From the NCBI GenBank assembly GCA_052279835.1, contig CP181291.1, positions 5,472,001 to 5,536,000 of the forward strand: 64,000 nucleotides of DNA, given 5' to 3'. Origin of the DNA: Microcoleus sp. (GTDB lineage: Bacteria; Cyanobacteriota; Cyanobacteriia; Cyanobacteriales; Microcoleaceae). The translations under genes and the position numbers were made by a program. Under the pieces are notes generated by a model, which had not been told where the DNA came from, searched no databases, and saw only the letters and a list, made by a program, of their open reading frames with translations. Below are positions 19,060-29,600 of the stretch, one piece after another (position 1 is the first letter of the stretch; every line of letters starts with the position of its first letter).

Positions 19060-20862
19060 CTACGCTTTAGCCCGATCGCCCTTTCGCCTCTTACCTTTCA
19101 GCCGTTTCACAGCCTCCTCAACCTCCCCGCGAAAAGGGTAGAGCAACCGCCGACTCAGCGCACTTCGATACGCCTCCACAGCCTCCGTCACATCCCCCAA
19201 CCCCAACAACGCTCTTCCTTGCCAGTAACCAGCCATCGCTGGGTCAAACTCCATCAATTCCTGGGACTGACAAGCCTTTTCCAACCATTTCCGACTCGCC
19301 ACCTCATCCCCCAGCCCTCGATAACTCTCCCCCAGCCACACCGCAGCAGACACAGATTGCAGATAACCCCCATCTTCTGGTAACAACTCCCATCCTTGCG
19401 CCAAAGCCTCCACCGCTTCCCGGTGTTTAAGAGCCAGCGCCAACACCCGCCCGTGACAAAACCAAGCATCAGGTAACTGCGGTTCAAGTTGCGTCCCCTT
19501 CGCAGAAACACTACACCCCCGATCGATCTCCTGAAAACTTTCCACCAACACCCGCCCCGCCGTCGTCCAAACACTCCAGCGATCGGGAAAACGATCGAGC
19601 ATCTCTTCTACTATTGATGTAAGGGTTACTTGAGGGTTAGATCGCCCTAAATCCCCCAGGGCTGTTTCATTCTCCGTAGGGGCCGTGCCCCCGTGCCGGC
19701 CCTCTTGGTCTGACCTGCCGATCGAATCGTCTGGGTCGGGGGTAGGCACGGGGGCACTACCCCTACCAAATTCACGTTTTTGGTGAGAATGAAACAGCCC
19801 TGGGGGCTGGGGGGGATCTAGAGAGGCTGGGGGAGAGGCCACAGGCAAAATCTCACACAACGCCCGATAAATTTCACAATCCAGGGGATACAGACGATAA
19901 GCCTTCAGCATCGCCTCAGCCGCCCTCTGATATTCCCCCGTGTGGAACAAGTAACGCCCATAGGAATACCAACCCCTAGGATGATTCGGGTGTTCCTCGG
20001 TAAAACCTTCCAACACCGCAACCCCCTTAGCCGACTCCCCCCGGAAAAGGTGATAATATGCCAGCAACTCATGGCCGTCCCCCGCATCAGGAGCCAGTTT
20101 CAGCACAGAATCGATCGTCTTTTTAGTCTGTTTGCCTTCCTCACCAGATACCAATCTCATCCGGCAACGAGTATCCGCCAGTCGTTTGAGTACCCCAAAA
20201 TCACCCGGAACCACCTCTAGCGCTTTGCTCAACCGCCACTGCGCTTCCCGCACATCCCCCACCGCCACCAGAGCGTCATAGCTGCCAATCAGCGCTACAA
20301 CATCATCTGGCTGAAGGGACAAAACGGCATCAAAGGCTCGCAAAGCTGCAACCGCATCCCCTCTCCCCGCCTGCACCTGGGCCAACGCCAGCCAGTGAGC
20401 TGCATTATTTGGTTCTAGAGAAGCCGCCGACTCAAAAGCCAGTATCGCTGTCTGATTGTCACCTCTACAAAGTGCGATCGCTCCGCTGATATGCTGTCGA
20501 GTCGCCTCATTGCGTGCATTGGCCAAGGCACTTTCATAAACCGCTACTGCCTCAACCTCTTGTCCCATAAGCTGCAAGAGTTTGGCCAATTGCAACTGCA
20601 CGCCGATCGATGGTGGTTGCTGCCGATCGATTACTTGGCGATATTCCTCAACCGCCTGCTCGATCTGACCCATTTCAGACAGCAAATTCGCCAATTCCAA
20701 ACGTTTCTTCCACCCAGAGGGAAACTGCTGCACGTACTCACTTAATGTTTTCAGCTTCTGCTCTTGTCGGGTTGGCTTGGAGTCTGCAACCAAGTAAGCA
20801 TTCAACTCCACCCCAGAGGACTGAATGAGCGATACCACCCGGAGTGTAGTGTTTCTAGACAT
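19060..20862 (-). CDS. Tetratricopeptide-repeat protein overlapping the ECF sigma gene (start uncertain), with an in-frame repeat insertion
   Basis: Repeated TPR helices (e.g. GWYSYGRYLFHTGEYQRAAEAMLKAYRLYP); overlaps the sigma stop codon. Confidence 0.85.
   Translation of the reverse strand: MSRNTTLRVVSLIQSSGVELNAYLVADSKPTRQEQKLKTLSEYVQQFPSGWKKRLELANLLSEMGQIEQAVEEYRQVIDRQQPPSIGVQLQLAKLLQLMGQEVEAVAVYESALANARNEATRQHISGAIALCRGDNQTAILAFESAASLEPNNAAHWLALAQVQAGRGDAVAALRAFDAVLSLQPDDVVALIGSYDALVAVGDVREAQWRLSKALEVVPGDFGVLKRLADTRCRMRLVSGEEGKQTKKTIDSVLKLAPDAGDGHELLAYYHLFRGESAKGVAVLEGFTEEHPNHPRGWYSYGRYLFHTGEYQRAAEAMLKAYRLYPLDCEIYRALCEILPVASPPASLDPPQPPGLFHSHQKREFGRGSAPVPTPDPDDSIGRSDQEGRHGGTAPTENETALGDLGRSNPQVTLTSIVEEMLDRFPDRWSVWTTAGRVLVESFQEIDRGCSVSAKGTQLEPQLPDAWFCHGRVLALALKHREAVEALAQGWELLPEDGGYLQSVSAAVWLGESYRGLGDEVASRKWLEKACQSQELMEFDPAMAGYWQGRALLGLGDVTEAVEAYRSALSRRLLYPFRGEVEEAVKRLKGKRRKGDRAKA
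19658..19801. mobile_element. 144-bp MITE (TIR AGGGCTGTTTCATTCTC) containing a REP-like hairpin, inserted in frame in the TPR gene
   Basis: Perfect IR 19653-19674 vs 19785-19806; internal gtagggg...cccctac at 19676-19766. Confidence 0.8.
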
Positions 20863-21665
20863 ATTGCTGTTACTTGATAATTAATTGTCTCGCCAATGTT
20901 CTGAGGGATGGGGGCGATCGCGGGTGGGGCGATCGTTTCATCGGATTGTAGGGGCAATCCCCCCGCCCCAGAATCTTGACGGGGTAGGCACTGGGGCACT
21001 ACCCCTACAGCAAAATCATCGCTGCTCAAGGCAACGTCCCCCTTTTTAGACGACTCGGAGGAATCTAACAGAGCATCATCCAACCCTGACAAATACCCGC
21101 TCAAACGCTTTTGCAGAATTTCTCGTGCCTGTTGGATGCGCTTGTAAACGTTATTGAGCGAGAGAGCAAGTAGTTGGGCAATATCTTGATAGGCAATTTG
21201 GTGGCAGTAACGCAGGATAAACGGATTGCGTAATCGAGAAGGAAGAGAATCAATAGCGCGACGAATGTATTTCCCCAACTCATGATGCAGAAGTGTCTCT
21301 TCAGGAGAGTCCAAACCAGAAATAACTGCTGAATTTCCTGTAGCAGCTACTGCTTCAATATCCTCCATCTGCATTGCTTTCCGGCGACGTTCTCGGTGTA
21401 TATCTATACATAGATTATGGGTTAAGCGAATCAGCCAAGCTCGGAGGTTGGTGATTTTTTCGGCATAGTGTGGTAATTTATCCCAAGCTTTGAGCAGGGC
21501 GCGACTGAGCACTTCTTCAGCATCAGTAGGATTCCCCCCCATCCACCTGAGACAGCAACGGTAAAGATAATCTCGGTTCTGCTGCCATAGCTGCCAAAAT
21601 GCTTTCTCTATATCTTCAGGACAACCCCAAATGTCTTGTGCAATAACGGATTGAGAATTTGACAT
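20802..21665 (-). CDS. ECF-type (group 4) sigma-70 factor with a C-terminal extension
   Basis: Region 2 (YLYRCCLRWMGGNPTDAEEVLSRALLKAW...AWLIRLTHNLCID) and region 4 (LPSRLRNPFILRY...YQDIAQLL...VYKRIQQAR); no region 3. Confidence 0.9.
   Translation of the reverse strand: MSNSQSVIAQDIWGCPEDIEKAFWQLWQQNRDYLYRCCLRWMGGNPTDAEEVLSRALLKAWDKLPHYAEKITNLRAWLIRLTHNLCIDIHRERRRKAMQMEDIEAVAATGNSAVISGLDSPEETLLHHELGKYIRRAIDSLPSRLRNPFILRYCHQIAYQDIAQLLALSLNNVYKRIQQAREILQKRLSGYLSGLDDALLDSSESSKKGDVALSSDDFAVGVVPQCLPRQDSGAGGLPLQSDETIAPPAIAPIPQNIGETINYQVTAICLETLHSGWYRSFSPLGWS
20947..21009. repeat. REP-like palindrome (tgtagggg...cccctaca), 63 bp, in frame in the sigma C-terminal tail
   Basis: Shares ggtaggcac.ggggcactacccctac with the REP inside the TPR gene. 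Confidence 0.75.
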
Positions 21666-21860
21666 GACTTAAAAAATGGTGAAAGATAAATGTGAAGGAA
21701 CATTCCTCTGTTCCTTTTTTCGTTGCACCCTCAATCCTGCAAACATCTAGCTCACTGTGGTCTCAGTATTTATGCGGATAAAGATTGGATTCAGTTGCTC
21801 TTTTTTTGAGGCTGTATCTTTTCCGTGTCTCTATCATGGCTTCCCTACCCCGTCCCTGTC

Positions 21861-21899
21861 AGTCGGAAAAGTCGGATCTTAAAGTCGGAAAAGTCGGAT
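21861..21899. promoter_or_regulatory. Direct-repeat operator candidate: AGTCGGAAAAGTCGGAT x2 (22-bp period; four AGTCGGA boxes)
   Basis: Read directly in the divergent intergenic region between the sigma and regulator genes. Confidence 0.65.
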
Positions 21900-22062
21900 A
21901 ATAGTTCTTAGAGATTTCTGGACTTACTTAAGAGCGATCGGCTGTACGGGATGCACAGTCTGGTCAATGGTGCTGAATCACCTATCGTCAAAACTACGGT
22001 ATCTAACTCAAAACCAAGGTGCAAAACAGGAAAAACCTGATTCGATGAGATGGATTTTTTAC

Positions 22063-23235
22063 ATGACTTTTCAAGAAGCCCTAGAATTTATCGAAGCACG
22101 ATTAAACTCCCAGACAAGTAAACCGTTAAATTTTATGGAAAAGGAGATTTTAAAAGCAGCTTGGAAAAACGAAAATTATAGTGTTATTGCTGATAGTTTG
22201 TACCTGAGTGTAGGACATATTAAAGATTTAGCATCCCTCCTGTGGCATCGCGTTTCTGATGTAATGGCAGAAAAAGTTACTAAGCATAACTTCCGGTCTT
22301 TGCTAGAGAAGCAAAACAACACAAATGGGAATGCTAATACTCAAAGCAATCGCGAATTGGCTGTTCCATTCCCCGGCAGGAAAATTGATGAATTAGGAAC
22401 TTACAAAGGCAACATTTTAATTGTGGATGACATCCCAGAAAATCTGCATTTCATCACAGAAGTTCTGACTAAGCATGGGTATAAAGTTCGCTGCGTCACC
22501 AATGGCTCGATGGCTTTGAGGACAGTTCGCAATCATCCCCCCGATGCTATCTTGCTGGATATTAAAATGCCAGATATGGACGGCTACCAAGTCTGCGAAA
22601 TCATCAAATCAGATGAAAATACCTCTGAAATTCCGATTATTTTCTTAAGCGCACTTGACCAAGTATTTGATAAAGTTAAAGCTTTTAAAGTAGGGGGAGT
22701 TGACTACATTTCTAAACCTTTTGAGCCGGAAGAAGTGCTAGTGCGCCTCGAAACTCAGGTCACTATTCAGCACCAAAAACGCCAGCTTAAACAAGCAATC
22801 GAGCGACACCAGCAAACCGCAGAAATTGCCTACCAATCTCGCAGCCTGCTGGCAAATTTGCTAAACTCATCTCTGGATGGAATAGCTGCGGTGCAGGCGG
22901 TGAGGGGGGATCTTGCTGGAGAAATTGAAGATTTTCGCTGCTTGGTAGTTAACCCGGTCTTTGCCAGACTCTTAGGGAAAAAACGAACAGAACTCGCGGG
23001 CGAACCCGTGCTGAAAAAACTGCTTAATCAGTTGAGTCCCGGATTGTTTGATTTATTAGTAGAAGTTGTTGAGACTGGAGAATCCCTTGAAGGAGAGGTT
23101 CATCTAGAAAGTGATTACCTTGGCAAATGCTATTATTTCACTGCTGTGAGATTGGCAGACGGTTGCTCAATTACCATCCGCGATCTTACAGACTTAAAAC
23201 AGTCGCCATTAAAGTCAATGATGGAACTGAATTAA
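22063..23235 (+). CDS. Response regulator: N-terminal HTH, REC domain and PAS-like C-terminus
   Basis: MTFQEALEF...Y..IA..LYLSVGHIKD.AS.LW HTH of the type found on cyanobacterial NB-ARC proteins; ILIVDD, LLDIKMPDMDG, KPF; the ORF extends upstream to 21967. Confidence 0.85.
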   Translation: MTFQEALEFIEARLNSQTSKPLNFMEKEILKAAWKNENYSVIADSLYLSVGHIKDLASLLWHRVSDVMAEKVTKHNFRSLLEKQNNTNGNANTQSNRELAVPFPGRKIDELGTYKGNILIVDDIPENLHFITEVLTKHGYKVRCVTNGSMALRTVRNHPPDAILLDIKMPDMDGYQVCEIIKSDENTSEIPIIFLSALDQVFDKVKAFKVGGVDYISKPFEPEEVLVRLETQVTIQHQKRQLKQAIERHQQTAEIAYQSRSLLANLLNSSLDGIAAVQAVRGDLAGEIEDFRCLVVNPVFARLLGKKRTELAGEPVLKKLLNQLSPGLFDLLVEVVETGESLEGEVHLESDYLGKCYYFTAVRLADGCSITIRDLTDLKQSPLKSMMELN

Positions 23236-23330
23236 CCGCGTGCTAGCATCAAATAGCATAAACGGGACTTACGCAATCCGACCCAAGAAACCGGGTTTAT
23301 GAAGTGTAGTAGGGACACGGCACCATGCCC

Positions 23331-23544
23331 ATTCGTGTCAACTTAAGATACAACCAATAGTCCGGCAGGGGTTGAAACCCCTGCCTCAAAGCTAAAGTCC
23401 TCTTAAGAGGACTGATCGGAAAAATTTTAAACTCATTAGTCCTCTTCAGAGGACTTTAGCTATTAGACAGGGAATTCATTCACGCTTAGGACTGGCGGGC
23501 ACACTAGCGGACTTGGCGGACTGACAGCTTAAGTTGTCACCAAT
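23331..23544. mobile_element. MITE-like element (TIR ATTCGTGTCAACTTAAG / CTTAAGTTGTCACCAAT) nested in a REP-like repeat
   Basis: Imperfect TIRs with GCCC on both sides; internal agtcctcttaagaggact palindromes. Confidence 0.7.
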
Positions 23545-23610
23545 GCCCTGGGCCGTTTCCCTGCGGGGATCGATCGCGCGGTGTACTTCATAAACCTGCA
23601 ATCTGCTATA

Positions 23611-26600
23611 TCAAGATTCACCAACCAAGGGTTCAGTTAAATCCAGAATCTTCTCAAACTGAAACTTCTTCACCCAACACCTAAGAGTTTGAAGTTCTAG
23701 AGCCGCGAATTCAGGAATTTCTTCAAGGATTTGAGATACTAATTCGGAATCAGCGTCAAGGGCTGCTTCATGCAATTTGACAATCCATTTTTTTGATATT
23801 CCTGCTAATAAATCAGTTGAATTTAACGGTTCTCCTGTCACATTATAAGCAGAAGATGGTAGCTCTGGCTCATGATAAATATAACTGACATCCAAATGTT
23901 TAGCCATGATGTCAAAAATGACCTCTTTTTGAAATGGTTTTCGCACAAAATCATCGCAGCCAGCCGATAAAATAACAGCCTTTTCTTCTTCCCACACGCT
24001 AGCGGTCAAAGCAATAACAGCAGTACCTTGACCTTTGATGATGCCTTTAATGCGTTTCGTGGCTTCATACCCATCCATAACGGGCATTCTCATGTCCATC
24101 CAGATGAGATGCGGTGAGTAGGAATTCCAAATTTCCAGGGCTTCCATACCGTTAGTTGCTTCTTGCACTTCAAAACCCAGAGGTTTGAGGAGTTTAACTA
24201 ACAGTTGCCGATTGTCATCTTGATCATCGACTACTAGGATGCGATATGGGGGTTGATTGGGCGCTAAAGCAACAACGCGACGATTGTAGGGTTGGTTTTG
24301 AATTTGGTTTCCATCAGCAATACTCACAGAAATATCAAATTGAAATGTTGTACCAGATATTGGTATAGCCGTCGTATCATCAGATAATTCCCCCAGAGGC
24401 ATTCCGGGAGTGAAAGCTTTGCCACCACTAATCACTGTTATTTCACCTCCCATCAAGCGGACAAATTGACGGCTAATCGTCAGTCCTAATCCGGTTCCTT
24501 GCTGCACTTTTTGACCGGATGCTGTTTGCACGAAGGGTTGGAATAGTTTCTCCAGTTCGTCGGCAGCCATACCAAGTCCCGTATCTTTTACTTCAAAGGT
24601 AATGGTTGTTTGTTGTTGGTTGTTGGTTATTTGTGTTCCGGCTTCATTTTTGGCTTTTGCCTGTTTACTTTTTACTTCTACAGACACGCTTCCAGAAGAG
24701 GTAAACTTAACCGCATTACCGATCAAGTTAATCAGCACTTGCCGCAACTTAACTTCATCAGCGTAGATGTTTTTAGGAACATCGACCGCACATTCAAATC
24801 GTAATTCTAAGCTTTTATTATTTGCTTTCAACGCAAACATATCCTCAATATCAGCTAATAAGTGATGGATGTTTAAATTATTTTCCGAGAGCGTCATGCG
24901 TCCAGCTTCGACTTTGGACAAGTCAAGCACTTGATTAATCAGGGTTAACAAATGATCTCCACTGCGATGAATAATGTTGAGGTTTTCTTTTTGTTCATTT
25001 AACAGATTTGTATCCTGATTCATCAGTTGGGAAAAGCCGAGAATGGCGTTGAGGGGAGTTCGCAATTCGTGGCTCATGTTGGCAAGGAAGGTGCTTTTGG
25101 CGAGGTTGGCGGCAACGGCTGCTTCTTTTGCTAGTTCGAGTTCTGCTTCTGTTTTTTTGCGCTCGCTAATTTCTTGTTCTAAACGGACATTTTCGATGAG
25201 GGTTTTTTCGGCCTGTTTGCGATCGCTAATATCTTGAAAAGCTGCGATCGCATATTCTACATTACCCGTCTCATCGAAAATTGGCGTACTGGTGGATTCT
25301 ACAAAAATGCTCCCGTCGCTGTGATGTATTTCCAAGTCATCTGCTCGTGCTTTTGCACCGCCAAGCGATCGCACTAGGGGTAGCTGTTCGACTGGATACA
25401 TCTCCCCAGTGCCTGCGCGATAAACGCCATAGGTTTGTGATAGTTGCTGAGTTTCGGCTTTGGGTAAATCTTGAATATTCAGTAACTGCTGTGCAACTTG
25501 ATTGGTGTAGATGATTTGTCCTTTGGCGTCGTGCACGGAGATGCCCAGGGGAATAGCATTGAGGAATTTATTCAGGCGATTTTGCGTGGATTGTACTTGG
25601 GTGTAGAGTCTAGCGTTGGTAAGGGCGATCGCCGCTTGACTTGATAATAGTTGAATTAGTTCCAGGCGATCGGGTGTAAAGACGCCATCTGCTAAATTAT
25701 TTTCCAAGTAAACAATGCCAATTAATTGCCCTTGATTCAGCAGAGGGGCGCAAAGAATAGACTTAGGTTGCTGTGTTTTGATATAAGCATCTTGGGTAAA
25801 CCTGCCTTCGCGGGAAACATTAGTTTGAATCAATCCTTTTTGAGTCCTTTCAACATAGTTTATCACCGACAAAGGCAAGCAGGTTTCTATGGGAGTCGAT
25901 GGCAAAACTATCACCCTATCGGAGTTAGCTTCACCTGATGCTTCGACTAGCAGTTTTCCTTGAGATTCTAAAATGAGATAGCCAATTTGGGCACCGCTGC
26001 ATTCCAGCAGGGTTCTCATCAAAGTTTTGAGGAGTTTATCGAGTTCAATTTCGCTGGAAATTGCCTGAGAAGCTTTCATTAATGCTGCTAAATCCAGAAG
26101 TTCTCCTGAAGAACTGTCAGAGTTATCCGACAAGCTGCTGCGCGATTTATCGGAGTTCCTGGCTGCGGTAAAACGCTTTAAAAGTTGCGGGTACTTTTGT
26201 TCCAAATCCCTCACTTTCGCTGTAGCACCCCAGCGCAAATAGCAGTAGTAAGCATTTGTCATGTAGACTTCGGCAACTTGCTCTTTCCCCCAATCGAGGT
26301 AGAATCTGCCAGCCAATTCATTAGCCAAAGCCTCTTCGTTGAGGTACTCATGTTCTTTCGCTAAGGCAATAGCGCGATCGTAGTATTCTATAGCGAGAGT
26401 GGTTTCACCCAAAACTCGATATCGCTCTGCCTCCACGAGATAGAATTTATGGAGGTGAGTCATTGGAGCAAAATGCGCCCATTTTTGAATCTTTTTCTGG
26501 TTGGCTTTCACCTTCTGGAGGATAAGTTTTTGCTCTGATTTGGGTGCGTCAGAATAGATGGCAAGATGGACTAAAGAATTGTAGAAATGGTAGAGAGGAA

Positions 26601-29600
26601 TAGTACCTACAGCACTATCGCTATATTTTTCGGCTGATTTAGCATTTTCTATAGCTTGCTGATAGTCTTGAAAAATATAGCAGAGAAATAGCTTGTAAAA
26701 ATAGACGGAATGACAAATATTTTGAGCATTTGCTGACAGATGCAGGGGTAACATTTTTACTTCGTCATAGCTTTCACCAATTAAACGGCACTTATCTTCA
26801 GCCTGTCCCATCAAGTTCAATAAAACCTGTCGATTGAGTTGGTTATAGTAATATGATGTTTCTTGCTTCAGTTGGCTGAGGGTATTACTGTACATTGCCA
26901 TTTCTCGCTCCACTGTTGCCAATTCTTTCCCCAATACATAGGAGTGGTAGCAGTATACACAAGCTGAATAAGCTGCGTATTCTAGGTCTCCAGTTTCTAG
27001 GGCGATCGAGTAAGCATTCTGCAAAGGGTTTAAGGTTTCCCTAAGATGATCTTTCCAATGTTTGACAAAGTAATTAACAATAAATATTGTTCGGGCTTTG
27101 AGTTCTTTAGCATGAAAATTATCGAGTAACAAGAGAGCAAGTTGCCCAAATTGATAACCAGTCTCAATGTCTCCTACGGTTTCTCCAGACAGAATTAGTC
27201 CGTAAGTAGCATAGGCACAAGAAGACACAGAAGTATTCCCGTATTTGATGGATAAATTTACCTGTTTAAACACCATCAGCGGCAGGAGTTCAGGTGTGGC
27301 AAAATGGGCAGCAGAAACTACACTTGAGAGGATACGCATAGCGGCCAGCTTATAAGGGTCAGTCATCACTGGTAGGTCGATTAAGTCCTCGATTAGCTTC
27401 CCTGCTAAACTTAACTTTGTCTGAGCCAGTTCAAGGAAAATATTTAATTTTGTTGGTTGTTTGGGAAAGCGAATCCCCAACAGCTTTAATACTGAAAGTG
27501 CCGTTTCTATAGCTTCTAACGGTTTGTTTTGTGCTGTATAAGCTTGAATCTTGACTTCATAGACTTTCACTTTGTCCAACAATGAAGTAGTTTGTTGAAG
27601 CACAAGGTCAGCCAATTTTTCCATTTCTTCAACGTGGCCACTCAAGATAGCAGCTTCTACTGTTTCCACATAAAGTGCCAGAGTTAGGTCATACTGACGA
27701 AGCCAACTATCTGCACTCAGGCAATTTATACCAAGTCTTAAGTAATTCCACGCGGGTTTCCAAGCTGCTGATGCCTTCGCTTTTTTGCCAGCAATCAGAT
27801 TTAATTGAGCCAGTTTATCTCTTTCTAATTGGACGTCAATTGCTTCAATACCGAAGTTTAGTTGATTGACAATATCAAAAATCTTTTGTTGGAGGATCTG
27901 TTGCGGTGTATTTTGTAACAACAGTTGCCCGACTTTCCAGTGAACTGCTTGCTTGTCGGCTGGGGGAATTAGGGAATAGGCGGCTTGCTGGATGCGATCG
28001 TGAGCAAATTTATAAGTAATGTTTAAGTCATTCGCATCTCGGTTTGTTTTTAGGAATTTGTAACCATCCCCAAGGGGTAATATCAATCCCGATTGAATGG
28101 CATCCCACAATTCATTTGCCGCTGCTTTTTGAGAAGTTTCATTAATAATTGAAAGGGTTTGTAAATCAAATTGGTTGCCAATACAAGCGGCTAATCGTAA
28201 AACTTTTTGTGCTGACTCTGATAAGGTTTGAATTTTATCTGCCATGAACTCAACAACGTTATCAGTAATATTCCTAGTTATAATTTGCTCTAAATCCCAA
28301 GACCAAGCCCCAGCATTAGTATCAAATTTCAGCAATTGCTCTGTATAAAGTGACTTCAGAAACTCTTTGATAAAAAACGGATTTCCTTGTGTTTTTTGCC
28401 AAACCAAATCGGCTAATTTTTGCGCCTGGATGCGATCGGTTTTCAGCGTATCCGCAATGAATTCATTAACCTGGTTTAAATTTAGGGGTGAAAGGGAGAG
28501 ATGATTAATTACTACTCCCTGCTTTTTCATCTCAGATAAAGTCAGCATTGCAGGATGAGTTGCAGTGACTTCGTTATCTCGATAAGCTCCGATTACAAAC
28601 AGATATTGAGTAGTAAAATCGGTCATTATCAACTGGAGCAATTGCAGCGTAGCGCTGTCTGTCCATTGAAGGTCGTCTAGAAATAGGACAAGGGGATGAT
28701 CTTTTTGACAAAAGACATGAATCAAGTTTTGAAAAGCTAAATTAAACCGATTTTGTGCTTCTGTTGGTGGCAATTCTGGGACGGGATTCTGTTTGCCAAT
28801 AATCAGTTCAACTTCGGGAATAACATCAATAATAATTTGTCCGTTGCTGCCTAATGCGCGTTGAATCTGCTCTTGCCACTGTTGTAATTGGGGTTGAGTT
28901 TCGGTGAGCAATTGCCGCACCAATTCTTGGAAGGCAGCGACTAAAGCTTGATAGGGAATATCGCGTTGCAACTGGTCAAATTTCCCTGCTATAAAGTAGC
29001 CGCTTTTTTGAGTAATGAGTTTATACAATTCCTGAACTAAAGCTGATTTTCCAATACCAGAGTATCCAGAAATTAGCATGAGTTCAGTTTGTCCTTGTCG
29101 CTGACAATTTTGTGACTGATTTGTCGTTGGGTTGCTCGCCCCTAGTTTTTTCTCTTCTCCCGAAGCTACGCGAACAAATGCAGCCAATAAGGACTCAATC
29201 TGTGATTCTCTCCCGTACAGTTTTTGAGGGAGTTGTAATTGAGGATAAATGTCTTGGTATCCCAAGGAAAAAGCTTTAATTTCACCAGTTCTAGATTGAG
29301 CGAGGCAAGTTTTTAAATCTGCCTTGATTCCCCAAGCACTCTGATATCTATCTTCCGCATTTTTGGCCATTAACTTCATGACAATTTCTGAGACATTCAA
29401 GGGAATTTCGGAATTAATTTCATGAGGTGGAGTGGGTTGTTTGGCAATATGGCAATGGACTAACTCTAGTGCATCGACGGATTCAAAAGGCAACTGGTTG
29501 GTTAGCAGTTCATAGAAAGTAACGCCCAGAGAATAAAAGTCGGTGCGGTAGTCGATTACTCGATTCATCCGTCCTGTTTGTTCGGGGGAAATATAAGCTA

